Source of the DNA: the human T2T-CHM13v2.0 reference genome, Homo sapiens
Direction: 5' to 3'
Length of the DNA stretch: 64,000 nt
Assembly: GCA_009914755.4 (NCBI GenBank)
Contig: CP068257.2
Coordinates: 36,768,001-36,832,000, forward strand
Positions 13,205 through 25,010 of this stretch are shown piece by piece. The position numbers and the translations under genes are program-made. The notes beneath the pieces are model-generated. The model was not told the origin of the DNA, ran no database searches, and saw only the letters and a list, made by a program, of their open reading frames with translations. Position 1 is the first letter of the stretch; each line of letters starts with the position of its first letter.

Positions 13205-15979
13205 TTAACCAGTAAACCCTGAACACCACTGTCTCCTCTATCAGGGACTCTATAATGAAACGGCCACCATGCAGAGAAGAGACAGATTCTGGTCTAAGTA
13301 GAGTTGTTACCTAGGAGCCTGGCTTGCTTCATGGTCAGCACAATAACGCTGACCAGAGTTCGGTTCCCTCGGATGTGGGATTAGACAAAGGGTATGGAAA
13401 TGAAGATCATGGCACAGCAAACCAAGAGTGGAGGAGACAGGGATTTGGGTCTGTATCCCCAAGGACCTTCAAAGAAACAGTCAACAATCACCTTTCTGAA
13501 AGTAGTCAGGTACCCACTGACCACAGGGATATCGTCAGATTCCCAGTGACCTCCCTCTGGAGCTCGTTCAGCTCTGAAAGTTAGTGATGCAAAAGCTCTT
13601 CCCCCTCAGCCATCACGACGTTCATTCTCCAGTTGCAGGTTCACAGCTTTTATCTCCACAGGAGCAGTCCTTTAAGGTTGATCGCTTAGCAATGGATGAC
13701 CCGAGGTGTATAACTAGTTCTTATCTCCAAGTTCAAGTCCCTGAATAGGGCCTACAGTAAATAGTCCTCTGGCTTGTTCAGTCTGCTTTAAATTCTTTAC
13801 AGGTCAGATACCAATATTTGTATTGGTTCTCATAATCACAGTAGCAGCGGTCAAAACAGGTTATTTCAGGTACAAACTGAGTCGCGAAAACATACTTGAC
13901 TAGTAGTGGAGCTGTGGAAGTGTGCTCTCTCCCAGGTCACGCTCAAATTATGGGCCCATGGAAGACCACCATCAGAGCGGCATGGGAGGTGTCTGAGTTT
14001 GCCACCCTTGCCTTCCCTGGGTTGGGCAGAGAGGGAGTCCCAACCAACATCCTCACAGTCACCCTCTTCTCCATCCACCTGGATGGGCCATACCTTCCAA
14101 ATCCACCATATCCTAAAATGTGAAAACAAAGCAGCTCCAGGACCCACTGTCTTAACCAGGTAGCATCAGTCAGCTGGCTTGTCTGACAGAGAGATTGTGC
14201 CAATGAATTTGGCCAGTGTTGTGATCTTTTAACACAGTTTATAATACTAGCTCACAACCCCTGGCTTTGCAACTCAGTCAGAGGCACCTATGAGATGTCT
14301 TAACATAAACAAACAAATACAAAATTAAAAAGTAAAAAAATTTTTAAAACCCTAGCCAAATGTTTTGGAAATAGTTTTTATTTTTTTAGTTTATATGGAA
14401 ATATTTTTTAAATGCTCACAGAATTACAAAATCTCTAAAGCTTGAGTCAAACATGAATTTCTATTTTCCACTCGCAATACACGTGGTGGATGTCTTTAGG
14501 ACCAATCTTGCAGACTCTAGGCACTGGGTCTTGCCCATGTTTCAATGGCCTGTGAAATCTTTTACATGACAGAGATGACTTACTACCTCTTAGTACCCCT
14601 TAGCTGCTAAGCCTTTCCATCATGCTTCCCAGGAGCAAGACAGTAAACTTTTTCTCTGACGTTAGAGAAGAGAAAATTGCCAGCCTGAAGTCACTAGGCA
14701 GTAACCAGGGCAGTGTCAGTATTTGAACAGCCTGAGAAGCTTCCTCATTCATTCTCTTTAGCTCCCTGGGCCCCCAGTCTTTCTCATTAGAAAGAAAGAG
14801 TAGTTGCCAAGCCTAGATCTTGAACCAGTTCGAACTGAGACTTGTGTATTCCGGATATGTGATAGAGTTTAACATGAATTCTGGAAGCATGTATGAATAT
14901 GGAGAAACCATCCCACCACCCTGAACACAATGTCATCAGCTGTGAGGCTGGTACAATGATACCTAGCTTATCGGGCTGATGTAAGTCCCAGGGAGAGGAC
15001 AAATGCTAAAGGCAAGCTATACCCTTCTGGGAAATGCCCTCTCTCCCTGCTCATTATTCGTCTGGCAAACATCTAATTCCCCTTTGCCATGTGGCCATTC
15101 CTCTGGAAAGCATCTTTATGCCTTTCATGGGGGATTGAGTTCCTCCCCACCCCTGCTCCTACGCCCTGTATTGCTAGAAGTGGTTCCTCTACCATAAAAT
15201 CTATCACATTAGGGAAAACATTTATGTGTACATATGTGTCTCTCTGGCTCTAGGTCACTCTACTGAAACATCTAGAACTGGAGGCAAAACATTTCGGTTT
15301 GTTCACCATCATACCATCCGTGGCTGGCACAGAGGAGGCACTCAGCAAATGAACAAACCAAGCTGAATGAAGAAGTAAACTTTCTGAAGACAGGAAGCTT
15401 ACTGAAGCCTGGTTCATCTATATATTCCCAGAGTCTAACACCACGCTTGGCACTAATGGGCACTTGATAGATGTTTATTTTTGCATGAATGGCATGTAAA
15501 TTTATTACCTAATTAAATCATTTGGAGGACAGGCAGTAAGATTCAGATGTAAATACTACTGGTTGCATGCTTCTGCTCTGCAAGACTGGCTTCTTGTGAC
15601 ATACTGATAATCGGTCACTGTGAATCTGGGGAGTGTCCTTGTTTTGTGCTCTTCCCCCGAGGAGGGACAGATCCTTCTGTTAGTTCAAAAGTCGGCCTAT
15701 TCCTAACTGCCAGGCATCCAGGATGCCTTCTTTGCCCATCTGTCTTTCTGAAAAGCTAGTTAAAGGGCTAATCTGCTCTTAATTCCTTTAGTGTGGTCTT
15801 TGAATGAAATGGTTTGAGTGGATTTAGTCTCCAAATCAACAGAGGCAGAATAAGACTGTCTGGGACTGGCTTCAGCTCCGGGATCAGCTCTCTTTGTATC
15901 ACGTGACTTAGGGCACGGATCTCAGCAGGACATCTGGGATGTCTCTCAATGAAGAGATCACACAGGGGTGTTTTCGTAC

Positions 15980-16051
15980 CTGGCCTAGTTGTAATTCTTT
16001 GCGTAGCTTCAGGATATACTGAAGTATTTGGGAAAATAAAAGCTGCACCCC
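15980..16051 (-). CDS. ERG: ERG 72-bp cassette exon (A72), encoding GGAAFIFPNTSVYPEATQRITTRP.
   Basis: ORF 15768..16073(-) contains GGAAFIFPNTSVYPEATQRITTRP. Acceptor is ttgtctgcag|GGGGTG and donor is GGCCAG|gtacg. The length is exactly 72 bp. Confidence 0.93.
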
Positions 16052-17166
16052 CTGCAGACAAAAGGAAAGACAAACATGTGAAGGTCTTTTGTTGTGGTTG
16101 TCGATCTCAACATCAGCGCCAAATCTACTTTTCCCTATGACAACAAAGGGAAGAGACCTCCTCAAACCTGCCTTAACAGAGCTCCGGAGAAACAGACAGG
16201 TGCACCTGTCAGATTCTCAAGATGGAAGTGAAACTTGGAGCCTTGGTGTACTCCTGTGCCCCGTTTGCTATAAAGCGTTTTGTGTTTTGATTTTATAACT
16301 TCTTGATGAAGCCCTATCTGTGTCCCCCTCAATCCCACTTCCCACTGGGCAATCTCGTTTTATTAAAAAATTATATGGTACATGTTTTATTTTTCAACTT
16401 GTATAAAAACCCATAATATATTTTACAGAGCTTTTGGAAAGTAGTATCAAGCAATTATAAGTATTTAGCCTAAGAGTATATGGATTTTATTAATAATTAA
16501 TCCACATCTCTATTCAAATGCATTTTCCCTCTCTCTCTTTTGACCAAAACTCATGCTGTTAGCTGAGAAAATTCCCTTTTCATAGTTCAGTCCATTTGGA
16601 ATTTGTTGTCTTGTTCATTGGTTTCTTCCGTGTTTAACAATAGCAAAATTTAATATATTTGGAGCTTTTTTGAAACTTTCACTCAATGGTTAAAGAACTC
16701 ATAAATAAATGTGAAATTATCAGAAAATGTGCATAGCTCAAAGGTGTTTCCTAAGAAGGGGAAGTAACTTCCTCTAAGTTATCTGTTATTTCTGGCCACA
16801 AGGTCACTAATAGGCTGATGTGTGCAACCAAAATTATTGAAAAAGTGTACTACCAACTCGAAGCAGGTTTTTTAAAACTTCAGATTAAAAAGACAATGTG
16901 TTGAATATAGAAGACCATGATAAATGAGCAATTTCATTGTAATACTCAAACCGGGACTCACTCACATTTTATATTTTAAAATAAAATGGTAAATATTGGG
17001 AAAATTGCGTATTTCTATGTGAGGGCTGATCGTGAGTTAACTGGCTGACTTGCAAGGCTTTCTGGCACTTCCCGTCTCCCTCCCTAGCCCGAGTGATTGT
17101 GGAGGGTCCCTGCAGCTAACAGAGTGGGGTGAGCAGCCGGTGGCCATGCTTCCGGAACTCTCTCCA

Positions 17167-17228
17167 TCAGGAAGGAGCAGATGGATGTGAACCAGGAACA
17201 CATTCATCCACAGAAAACCCAGCCTCTG
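17167..17228 (-). other. Candidate alternative 3'-terminal ERG exon, coding part. It follows a strong 3' splice site in the intron between the 81-bp and 72-bp exons. Spliced from the 81-bp exon, it would add ...AEAGFSVDECVPGSHPSAPS and then a stop.
   Basis: The minus-strand sequence reads ggCTAACcttcctccctcgccccccgctcacAG|CAGAGGCTGGG. That is a consensus branch point, a polypyrimidine tract and AG, inside a GC-rich block that retains CpGs. The short in-frame ORF ends in TGA. ERG isoforms ending between these exons and lacking the ETS domain are in the literature, but I cannot confirm the exact position from memory. Confidence 0.3.
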
Positions 17229-17962
17229 CTGTGAGCGGGGGGCGAGGGAGGAAGGTTAGCCAGGATGAGGCACGGTGTTAAACCCTACTTAGGCTCAGGC
17301 AAAATAAATACATAACTAAGTCAAATGTAGAGGCAACGGTTAGAGATAGAAAACAGGCATTTGGTTAGTGACTAATTTCATATTCTCCAAAATTATAGCA
17401 GAGGTTCCCTCTGAACAAAAGCTCTCAAAATGTTACAGAAATTCCCTCCTGCCTTTTGCAAACATACAAAGTCTGTAGGAAAACAAATCAAATAGCCTAA
17501 AAGTTTATTGGAAAGGAAAAAGAAAATTCCAACTTATCCTAGCAAATATTTCTTTAAGAATAAAAATGGAAAAAATTAAAGGAGGTTGCTAAGGGCCCTT
17601 TTATATCGAACATGCTTTTAGTGTCTACAGAGTCAGCACAGCGAATATATTGGGACCAACAGAAGAAGACTGTAATCCGGCAAATGTGAGCTAAGTTATG
17701 GCTAAAGGCAAATTCTGCACGTCTCCTGGTTAAAAAGGAACCCTTTGATAATCAAAGTGGGGTGCTTGGGAAGCGCTCAGAAAACCAAAGGGCTTCACCT
17801 TCCTTTAGGCTGTGGTACATTCCTAAGTATCCGAAAGTATTCTGAATCATCTACCTGCGTTCTGTCTTCCTGGCACGCGCTGACTGGTTTCCCATGAAAG
17901 CATGCAACCTGTACGTAAGACCCTACGCTCTTGCTGGGAGGCAGGGGCGGGGCCAGCATTAC

Positions 17963-18043
17963 CTGTGTTTCTAGCATGCATTAACCGTGGAGAGTTTTGT
18001 AAGGCTTTATCAACATCATCTGAAGTCAAATGTGGAAGAGGAG
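17963..18043 (-). CDS. ERG: ERG 81-bp cassette exon (A81), encoding (T)PLPHLTSDDVDKALQNSPRLMHARNT.
   Basis: ORF 17847..18059(-) contains PLPHLTSDDVDKALQNSPRLMHARNT. Acceptor is ttttgtag|CTCCTC and donor is ACACAG|gtaatg. The length is exactly 81 bp. Confidence 0.93.
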
Positions 18044-18160
18044 CTACAAAACAAAACAAAAAGCGACATCAAAATGAAAAAAAAAAGAGAGAGAGAGAAA
18101 GAGAATTACCTTTCTTACAAAAAAAAAAAAAAAAAAAGAAAGAAAAAGAAAGAAAGAAAA
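18044..18160 (-). promoter_or_regulatory. Polypyrimidine tract about 115 nt long on the transcribed strand (A/G-rich on plus). It sits immediately upstream of the 3' splice site of the 81-bp cassette exon.
   Basis: Plus 18044-18160 is almost pure A/G: aaaacaaaacaaaaagcgacatcaaaatgaaaaaaaaaagagagagagagaaagagaa...aaaaaaaaaaaaaaaaaagaaagaaaaagaaagaaagaaaa. Confidence 0.6.
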
Positions 18161-18911
18161 CCGTTCCCCCACTCCCACACTAACATCATGGGAAGCTTAT
18201 AACTATTTCCAGCAACCTGCTACTTGTTAGCATGTTAAAACCTACATGGGGGCCCGTCTTTAATTCAGGGAAGAAGTGGTTGGGATGCCAGGCAAAGCAA
18301 TGGAGGAGAATTTATCCACCTCACTGTCTGTCACACTACTTCCTTCTCACCATGCTGGACGTTGTAGAAATTAAAGCATGCAGCAAACATTCTGGATTCA
18401 TGCCAACATGCCATCCCTTTCTGTCAGGTTAAGCCGAATCACATGATACAAAGTGAAAACTTCCCTTGTTCTGTGCTCAGGTTAGAATATAAAGTGGGGC
18501 TTCATGTAGCTTTAGGGAGAATAATCCCCCTAATTCCTACGAAAGAGAAGCCTTAATGATTCTATTTTGATTCGGGGTATCATGGAGACTTAACTAATGT
18601 GTGACCAGTTAACGCTTCCTTTCCCCTTTGACATTCCATCTTCTTGGTCGCAGGACCCTGGAGGAGGCAGCTGAGTGTTGAAGTGAATTTTGGCTTCTCC
18701 TGAGAGCGCTGACTACTTCTCATCAGGTGATGTGGCCAGGGTGTTGCTCCCCTAAGTCATCACATACCAAGCATGTGGCTCCCTCGGATCCCCAGTGGGA
18801 ACTGGGCGAGGGCAGGAGGATGCTGTCGACACACCTGGTTGAACCCTCTGAAGCTCGGGTCATAAGAACCATAGCCACAGCCATCTATCCTTGGAGGAAG
18901 GGGGAGCTTAC

Positions 18912-19115
18912 TCTCTCTGAGGTAGTGGAGATGTGAGAGAAGGATGTCGGCGTTGTAGCTGGGGGTGAGCCTCTGGAAGTCGTCCTTGGTCATCTTGCAC
19001 AGTTCCTTCCCATCGATGTTCTGGAATAACAAGATGTTGACGTCTGGAAGGCCATATTCTTTCACCGCCCACTCCAGCCACTGCCGCACATGGTCTGTAC
19101 TCCATAGCGTAGGAT
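18912..19115 (-). CDS. ERG: ERG coding exon, 204 bp, covering the PNT/SAM-pointed domain: [68 protein letters not shown].
   Basis: ORF 18760..19134(-) gives the exact peptide. Acceptor is cccctttcag|ATCCTACG and donor is AGAGAGA|gtaag. Confidence 0.95.
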
Positions 19116-20859
19116 CTGAAAGGGGTGGGAACACATTCAGTCAATTCCTGAAGCCAGGGATCTTCATCTTGGGGTAGATCCCCATCCACGTGGGATTTCT
19201 GACCAGCTGCCTTCCACAAGCACAGCCTCCAGCCAGCCTCCCTGGCTACCCAGGAGAACATTTTGGGGGAAAGACAAAAGCTGCCTCACATCCATAGATC
19301 ATTGTCTTTAAAGTGAATAGTTCTGGAATCTTGGGATTATTCACATCACATGCCCTTGTTTTTGCTCAATCTAAAGTTTCCTGTAGGCATAAGATTTTAA
19401 AAATTCTTTTTTCTCATTTATGTTCAATTTTATTTATTTATTTTAAAGTGAGTAAGAATAAGAGGAAACTTCTTTTCCTTAGAAAACTACTGGTATATTT
19501 ATATATATTTATATGGAAATAAGAGTAAGCCACACATATCAGGAAGGTGCTAATTACAGATCACAACAACAACAAAAATAATAATAACAGTATTTATGCA
19601 AAATACTGAAAAATACTGACCACAGAATCGGAAATGAAATATAGATACACCAAGACTCTAGCCCCTCCTATGAGCCAGCGTTCCTCATAGAGAGCTGTCA
19701 GTTCCAGACTTTTCCTGCAGGGTGTTTGGTTTTGCAATTAACCAGCACCTGCAGGAGTGGGGTTGGTGAGTGGTTTTTGCATTCCACAGCTGGCCATGGC
19801 GAGCACAAACACCCCACAGGATGCAGGCCACGTCGTCACACTCCAGTGCTACCTATGGGACAGGGAGAGCAGGGCCCGGGGGAGAAGGAGCAGGTGATCT
19901 CCAACAGAAACGCCAGCCGGGATGTCCTGTGGTAAACACCCTCAGTGGTAGGGTCTTCAGAGTGTGGTAAATGGGGCGGCTGCTCCCTTGGGCCCCGAGC
20001 CCTGAGAGACACATGGGCAGGGAGTTGGAGCCCTGAGTTCTAATCCCACCATTTCTCCACTTTCTGGACCTTGCTGTGGGCAGCTATTTCTCCTTTCTGT
20101 GTCTGTCCCACCTGTAAACTAAGAGCACTGATCTCAGTTCCCGGGACAAGCCCTTAGGGGTCAGGCATGCCAGGATGTTCCAGTCCTCTTGAATGAAAGT
20201 CAGGTGTGGGAGTCACATTTTAGCTAATACTTTCAGATCCTTGTTTGTTTGGTCCCACTAATATTTTAGGCTACTCAAGAATGGAGCATGTAGTATGCTG
20301 CTGCAATACATTTTTAGGTTTGCAGAGGTAAACCGTAATAATAGTGAGAAACAGCCAGCCAGTCATACACCCAGAGTTCTCTTCCTCTCCCTCCTTCCCT
20401 CTTCCTTCCTTCGCTTCTCCCTCCCTTTCTTCCCTTCAGCTACATAGAAGAAAGAAATTATTGCAGGTCCAGTAGAATCTACCTTTCCCATTCCATTCTC
20501 CTACTGCAAACACCTATCCTGAAGTTAGTAGCTAGTGGTTAGAAGTAACCACTATCCTGAAGTTAGTACGTGTATCACTCCTATACATATTTTAATATTT
20601 TTACCATTTAAACTACATATATTGTTTTGTGTTTTTAAAGTTAACATAAACGATATATGATTTGCTATTGGCACTCAATGTTATAATTTCAAGATGTAGC
20701 CAAGTGAATTCACAAAGATATACTCAATCATTAAGCAGCTCTTAGGCCTCCCCCATGTGAATAATCTCAATTTATTTAGTGAATGTCCCCTGTCCATCTC
20801 CATGCATACGCGTGAATGAGTCCGCATTGGTCCAGGGCCTGGGGTCCTTTCTGGAATCA

Positions 20860-21130
20860 TCTGGGGAGACTGAAAAACTAGTGATGCCTGGTCTCCCCTG
20901 GGAGAGTCTGCTTCAATTAGGCTGGAGGGCAGTTGGGCATCACAGTTGATAACAGCTCCCCCAGGTGACTCTAATGAGCAGCCAAGGTTCAGATCATCTT
21001 CCCTGGGCCTCACTATTCCAAGCGTGGTCCTCCAACCGCGGAAGCATCAGCATCACCTGGGAGCTAATTAGAAATGCTGAGTCTCAGGCCCCACCCAGAC
21101 CTGCTGAACCAGAATCTACATTTTCACATG
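20860..21130. mobile_element. MER5-like hAT MITE fossil (DNA-transposon remnant).
   Basis: ...gtggtcctccaaccgcggaagcatcagcatcacctgggagctaattagaaatgctgagtctcaggccccacccagacctgctgaaccagaatctacattttcacatgaaacctgggg. This matches the common palindromic family cagtggttctcaaa...catcagcatcacctgggaacttgttagaaatgcaaattctc(a/g)ggccccaccccagacctactgaatcagaaactc... The family name is from memory. Confidence 0.55.
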
Positions 21131-21276
21131 AAACCTGGGGACACGCTGGCCTTGGCTGAGTACCTAGATACGGGATTTCTGAGTTACAGGGCACATCCAT
21201 CTTCAACTTGACCAGCTAGCATTGGATGTCTACCAATATTTAAACACCCACATTCTCACTTAAAAATCAGTGCACA

Positions 21277-21577
<301 letters not shown>

Positions 21578-22499
21578 TCATCAGTGCGCAGAACCTGAAA
21601 ACTAAAGGGAACTCTGGTTTTGCTACAGAGAGAATATCAACAAAAACTCCAACGGCAGTGATGACAGAAAAGTGTACATATTTATTTGTCATCCAAACAC
21701 TTGGAAACATGTTGTTAGTCTGTGAAAACTGAATGTAGATATGGAAGGTTAATGTTATCCAGTTCACTGAAGTTCAGATGACTCTTCGTCATTGGCTGAG
21801 AATTTGGCTTTCAGAGATAAAATGTTTCTTTTTTCATGACATGTCAGAATTCCTCTTTCTACAAAAATGGATCATACTGAGGTCTTAGGGCAAGTTCTCT
21901 TTACCTTTGGTTCTGTGCAGAGGATAGTTTGTTCAGCCCTCACAGAGAGAAGACCCCCCATCCTACCCAAGTCATTCCCTGTAAGTTCCATCCTTTGATG
22001 TTAGCGAAACCCACCTTTTTGTTTTGTTTTGCTTTGCTTTTAACAAAATGGGAGGACTATTTTTTTTTTAATGTAACAACTGTACTTCCTAGAAATAAGT
22101 TCATTCTGGGAACAGACTTTCTTCTCTAAATGGTGGAACCGGATATTCTCAAAATGACACATAAACATATTGTCTGAAAGCCACTAGGTTCGTGTTAAAA
22201 TGGTGAAAGGAGAAGTTTAATCTCTCTATTATCCCTTGGTGTGCCCCTTAATTGGTTTCGCTCATCAAGACTAGGGTTATCCTGGCCCATTCAGTTTTCC
22301 TTTAAGGGAATCAGGTGCAAGACCCCAGAGACAAAGTCCTCAACCTGTATTGTACTTATCTCTACAAGTCTCACTTTGAGTTGGTAAAAGGCTGTTCTGG
22401 AGTTCCGGAGTTCTGCCAATATGAGTATAAATTACTACAGCCTTTCTGATGAACAACACAATAATACAACAATACAACACAACAATACAATCAAACGTC

Positions 22500-22720
22500 T
22501 TTAAATATGTGCAGATTCCCTGGCTTAAAAATTCCATTTCTAGAAATTTATCCTAAGGAAATAATAGAGGATGTGCGCAATGATTTATTGTCAAGGATGT
22601 TCTTTGTAGTGTTGTTTATAATAGCAAAACATTGGAAACACCCTAAATGTCCAGCAAAAGAGAAGCAGTTTTGTAATGCATTTAGGAATGTTCCTGTGAT
22701 ATTTAGAGACTAAAAATTAC
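22500..22720 (+). mobile_element. Old L1 fragment (ORF2 C-terminal-like), plus orientation.
   Basis: ORF 22507..22713(+) reads ...IYPKEIIEDVRNDLLSRMFFVVLFIIAKHWKHPKCPAKEKQF..., which resembles the L1 ORF2 C-terminus (..IYPKE..MFIAALFTIAKTWNQPKCPS..). Confidence 0.5.
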
Positions 22721-23400
22721 ACTGTTGAAATATATTTATTGATATGATAAAATGTTCAAAGTAGATTGCATTTTAAAGTTTCAAAATATTATTATGATAT
22801 CATTGTATTTTGCAAAGATATATAAATATCTGCACAGAAAGAAATTCAGAGGGAGATACAGCAAAATGTGAACTGTTGTCACTGAGGGAAAGGAGATGGG
22901 GAATTTTAGATTTGTCATTTTCACTAAACTATATTTTCTCATTTTTCTATAATAAATATGGAATACTTGGGTTACAAATTATTTATACAAAATGTATTCT
23001 CTATTTTTCAAAACCAAAACATGGTCTTACAAAAGGTATATATATATATATATATAATGTATATTATATGTATACTATATATCACCTATATATAATATAT
23101 GTGAAAGTATTTTTATAAAATACTTTAAATACTTTATAAAAAGTATTTTTTAAAAGTATAAAAAATAAAAGTAAAAAAACAAAAAGAAAAGTTAAAAAAA
23201 TGAAACTATGCAAAGCATTTTATAAAAAGTATAAAAAATAAAACTACTAAAATACTTTATAAAAATATTTTTATAAAATAATAAAATATATAATATATAT
23301 AGAATATATACTTACATATATGCTATATATACTACCTATATATAGTATATATGTGAAAGTATTTTTATAAAATTGCTGTCAAGAGTATAAAAAGTTAAGT
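22720..23400. repeat. Very AT-rich, low-complexity block. It has (TA)n runs, an ~85-bp direct repeat (23040-23120 and 23290-23372) and internal short inverted repeats (aaagtatttt / aaaatacttt).
   Basis: The block tatatgtgaaagtatttttataaaat occurs twice. Many palindromic tataaaaagtat / atactttata motifs lie between the two copies. Confidence 0.8.
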
Positions 23401-24545
23401 TTCAGTTTCTTTTATATTTTGTTAATATAGACTGCTTCATCTGAAAAGAGTAAAATTACATGAAGTCAGAACACTCCCACATCCTTTTAGCATTTGATCT
23501 CCACACCTCTGCCCTATAAATTTCTAAGCAAACAATGGTGAAAACAAAACATGGCCACTCGGTAGAAGAAATGAGGGCATTCCTTTTCTCCTGAGCACTC
23601 GCACCACTCTCCCAGACCCACTCCGGAGGTGTTGCAATAGAGGACAGTTTGCAGGGGAAAAGCCCAGATTCCCCAGCATGAAGCACACAGTCCTTTGTTC
23701 CATGGGTGTCATTCCCAACCATTCCCCCTCCACCCTACATTTCCTGAGCCAATGCCTCCATGCCTGTGCCACATGCCACCCACAGCGTGAAGGACTAGCA
23801 CCTTCTTGTGCCCTCACCTACACTCACGACCTCCTTTGGGCATCTGTCCTAGATGTTCTCACAGAGGAAACACTTAACAAATCTCTGGGCAGTGAAGTGA
23901 TAACAAGACTGAAGACCTAGTCTCTGCTCACACTGAACTCCACCTCCACTACTTTGGCCAGGCAATGATGCTGCAGCTGTAGATGATGGTTTTTAGAGTT
24001 CAGGTCAGTGCACTGGGTCCAGGCTGTCAGGTTTTGGCCCTAACCTTTTAACTCCATGAAGAGCCCCAGTAGTCTCTCTAGTCTCCTCCACACTCCATGG
24101 TATCTCAGCAAAGCTTTATGGCTTCTGTCACGCCAGGAATCAAAGAAAGGGGCTCATGAGTTCCTATGAGATTCAGCAGGCCTGTCTTCCTCCTTTCTTG
24201 ACCCCAACCACACATGTGTAGGAGGAAGGGGAGGGGACTACAGCATAAGCCCCAGCCGAGGCATCACCTTTGCCTATGTTTAGGTGCGACCTTCTGCCCT
24301 AGGTAGGAACACCTCTTGTCTCCAGGTAGCAGTGTGTTTGGAACCTGTCATTTAATTTTATAACTGGACCTCATTTTTCTCTTCTGTAAAACAATGTGGA
24401 GAATTTCAGGACCTGAGAAATGACTCGAATAGGATAAGAACTAAGATAGATTTAATTCAAGTAAAAGTCATTAAGCATTATGCATATGGCTATATGCACC
24501 AGTACTATGGAGATTCCAAAGTGTCCAAGACCAAGAGAAACACTA

Positions 24546-25010
<465 letters not shown>

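Noticed and set aside
13866-14203. Several overlapping ORFs on both strands at 13.9-14.2 kb, which I initially tested as a possible location of the LPYEPPRRSAWTGHGHPTPQSK exon.
   Set aside because: Translation of all frames gave no ERG peptide. That exon was instead found at 7783-7851. These are chance ORFs in moderately GC-rich intron.
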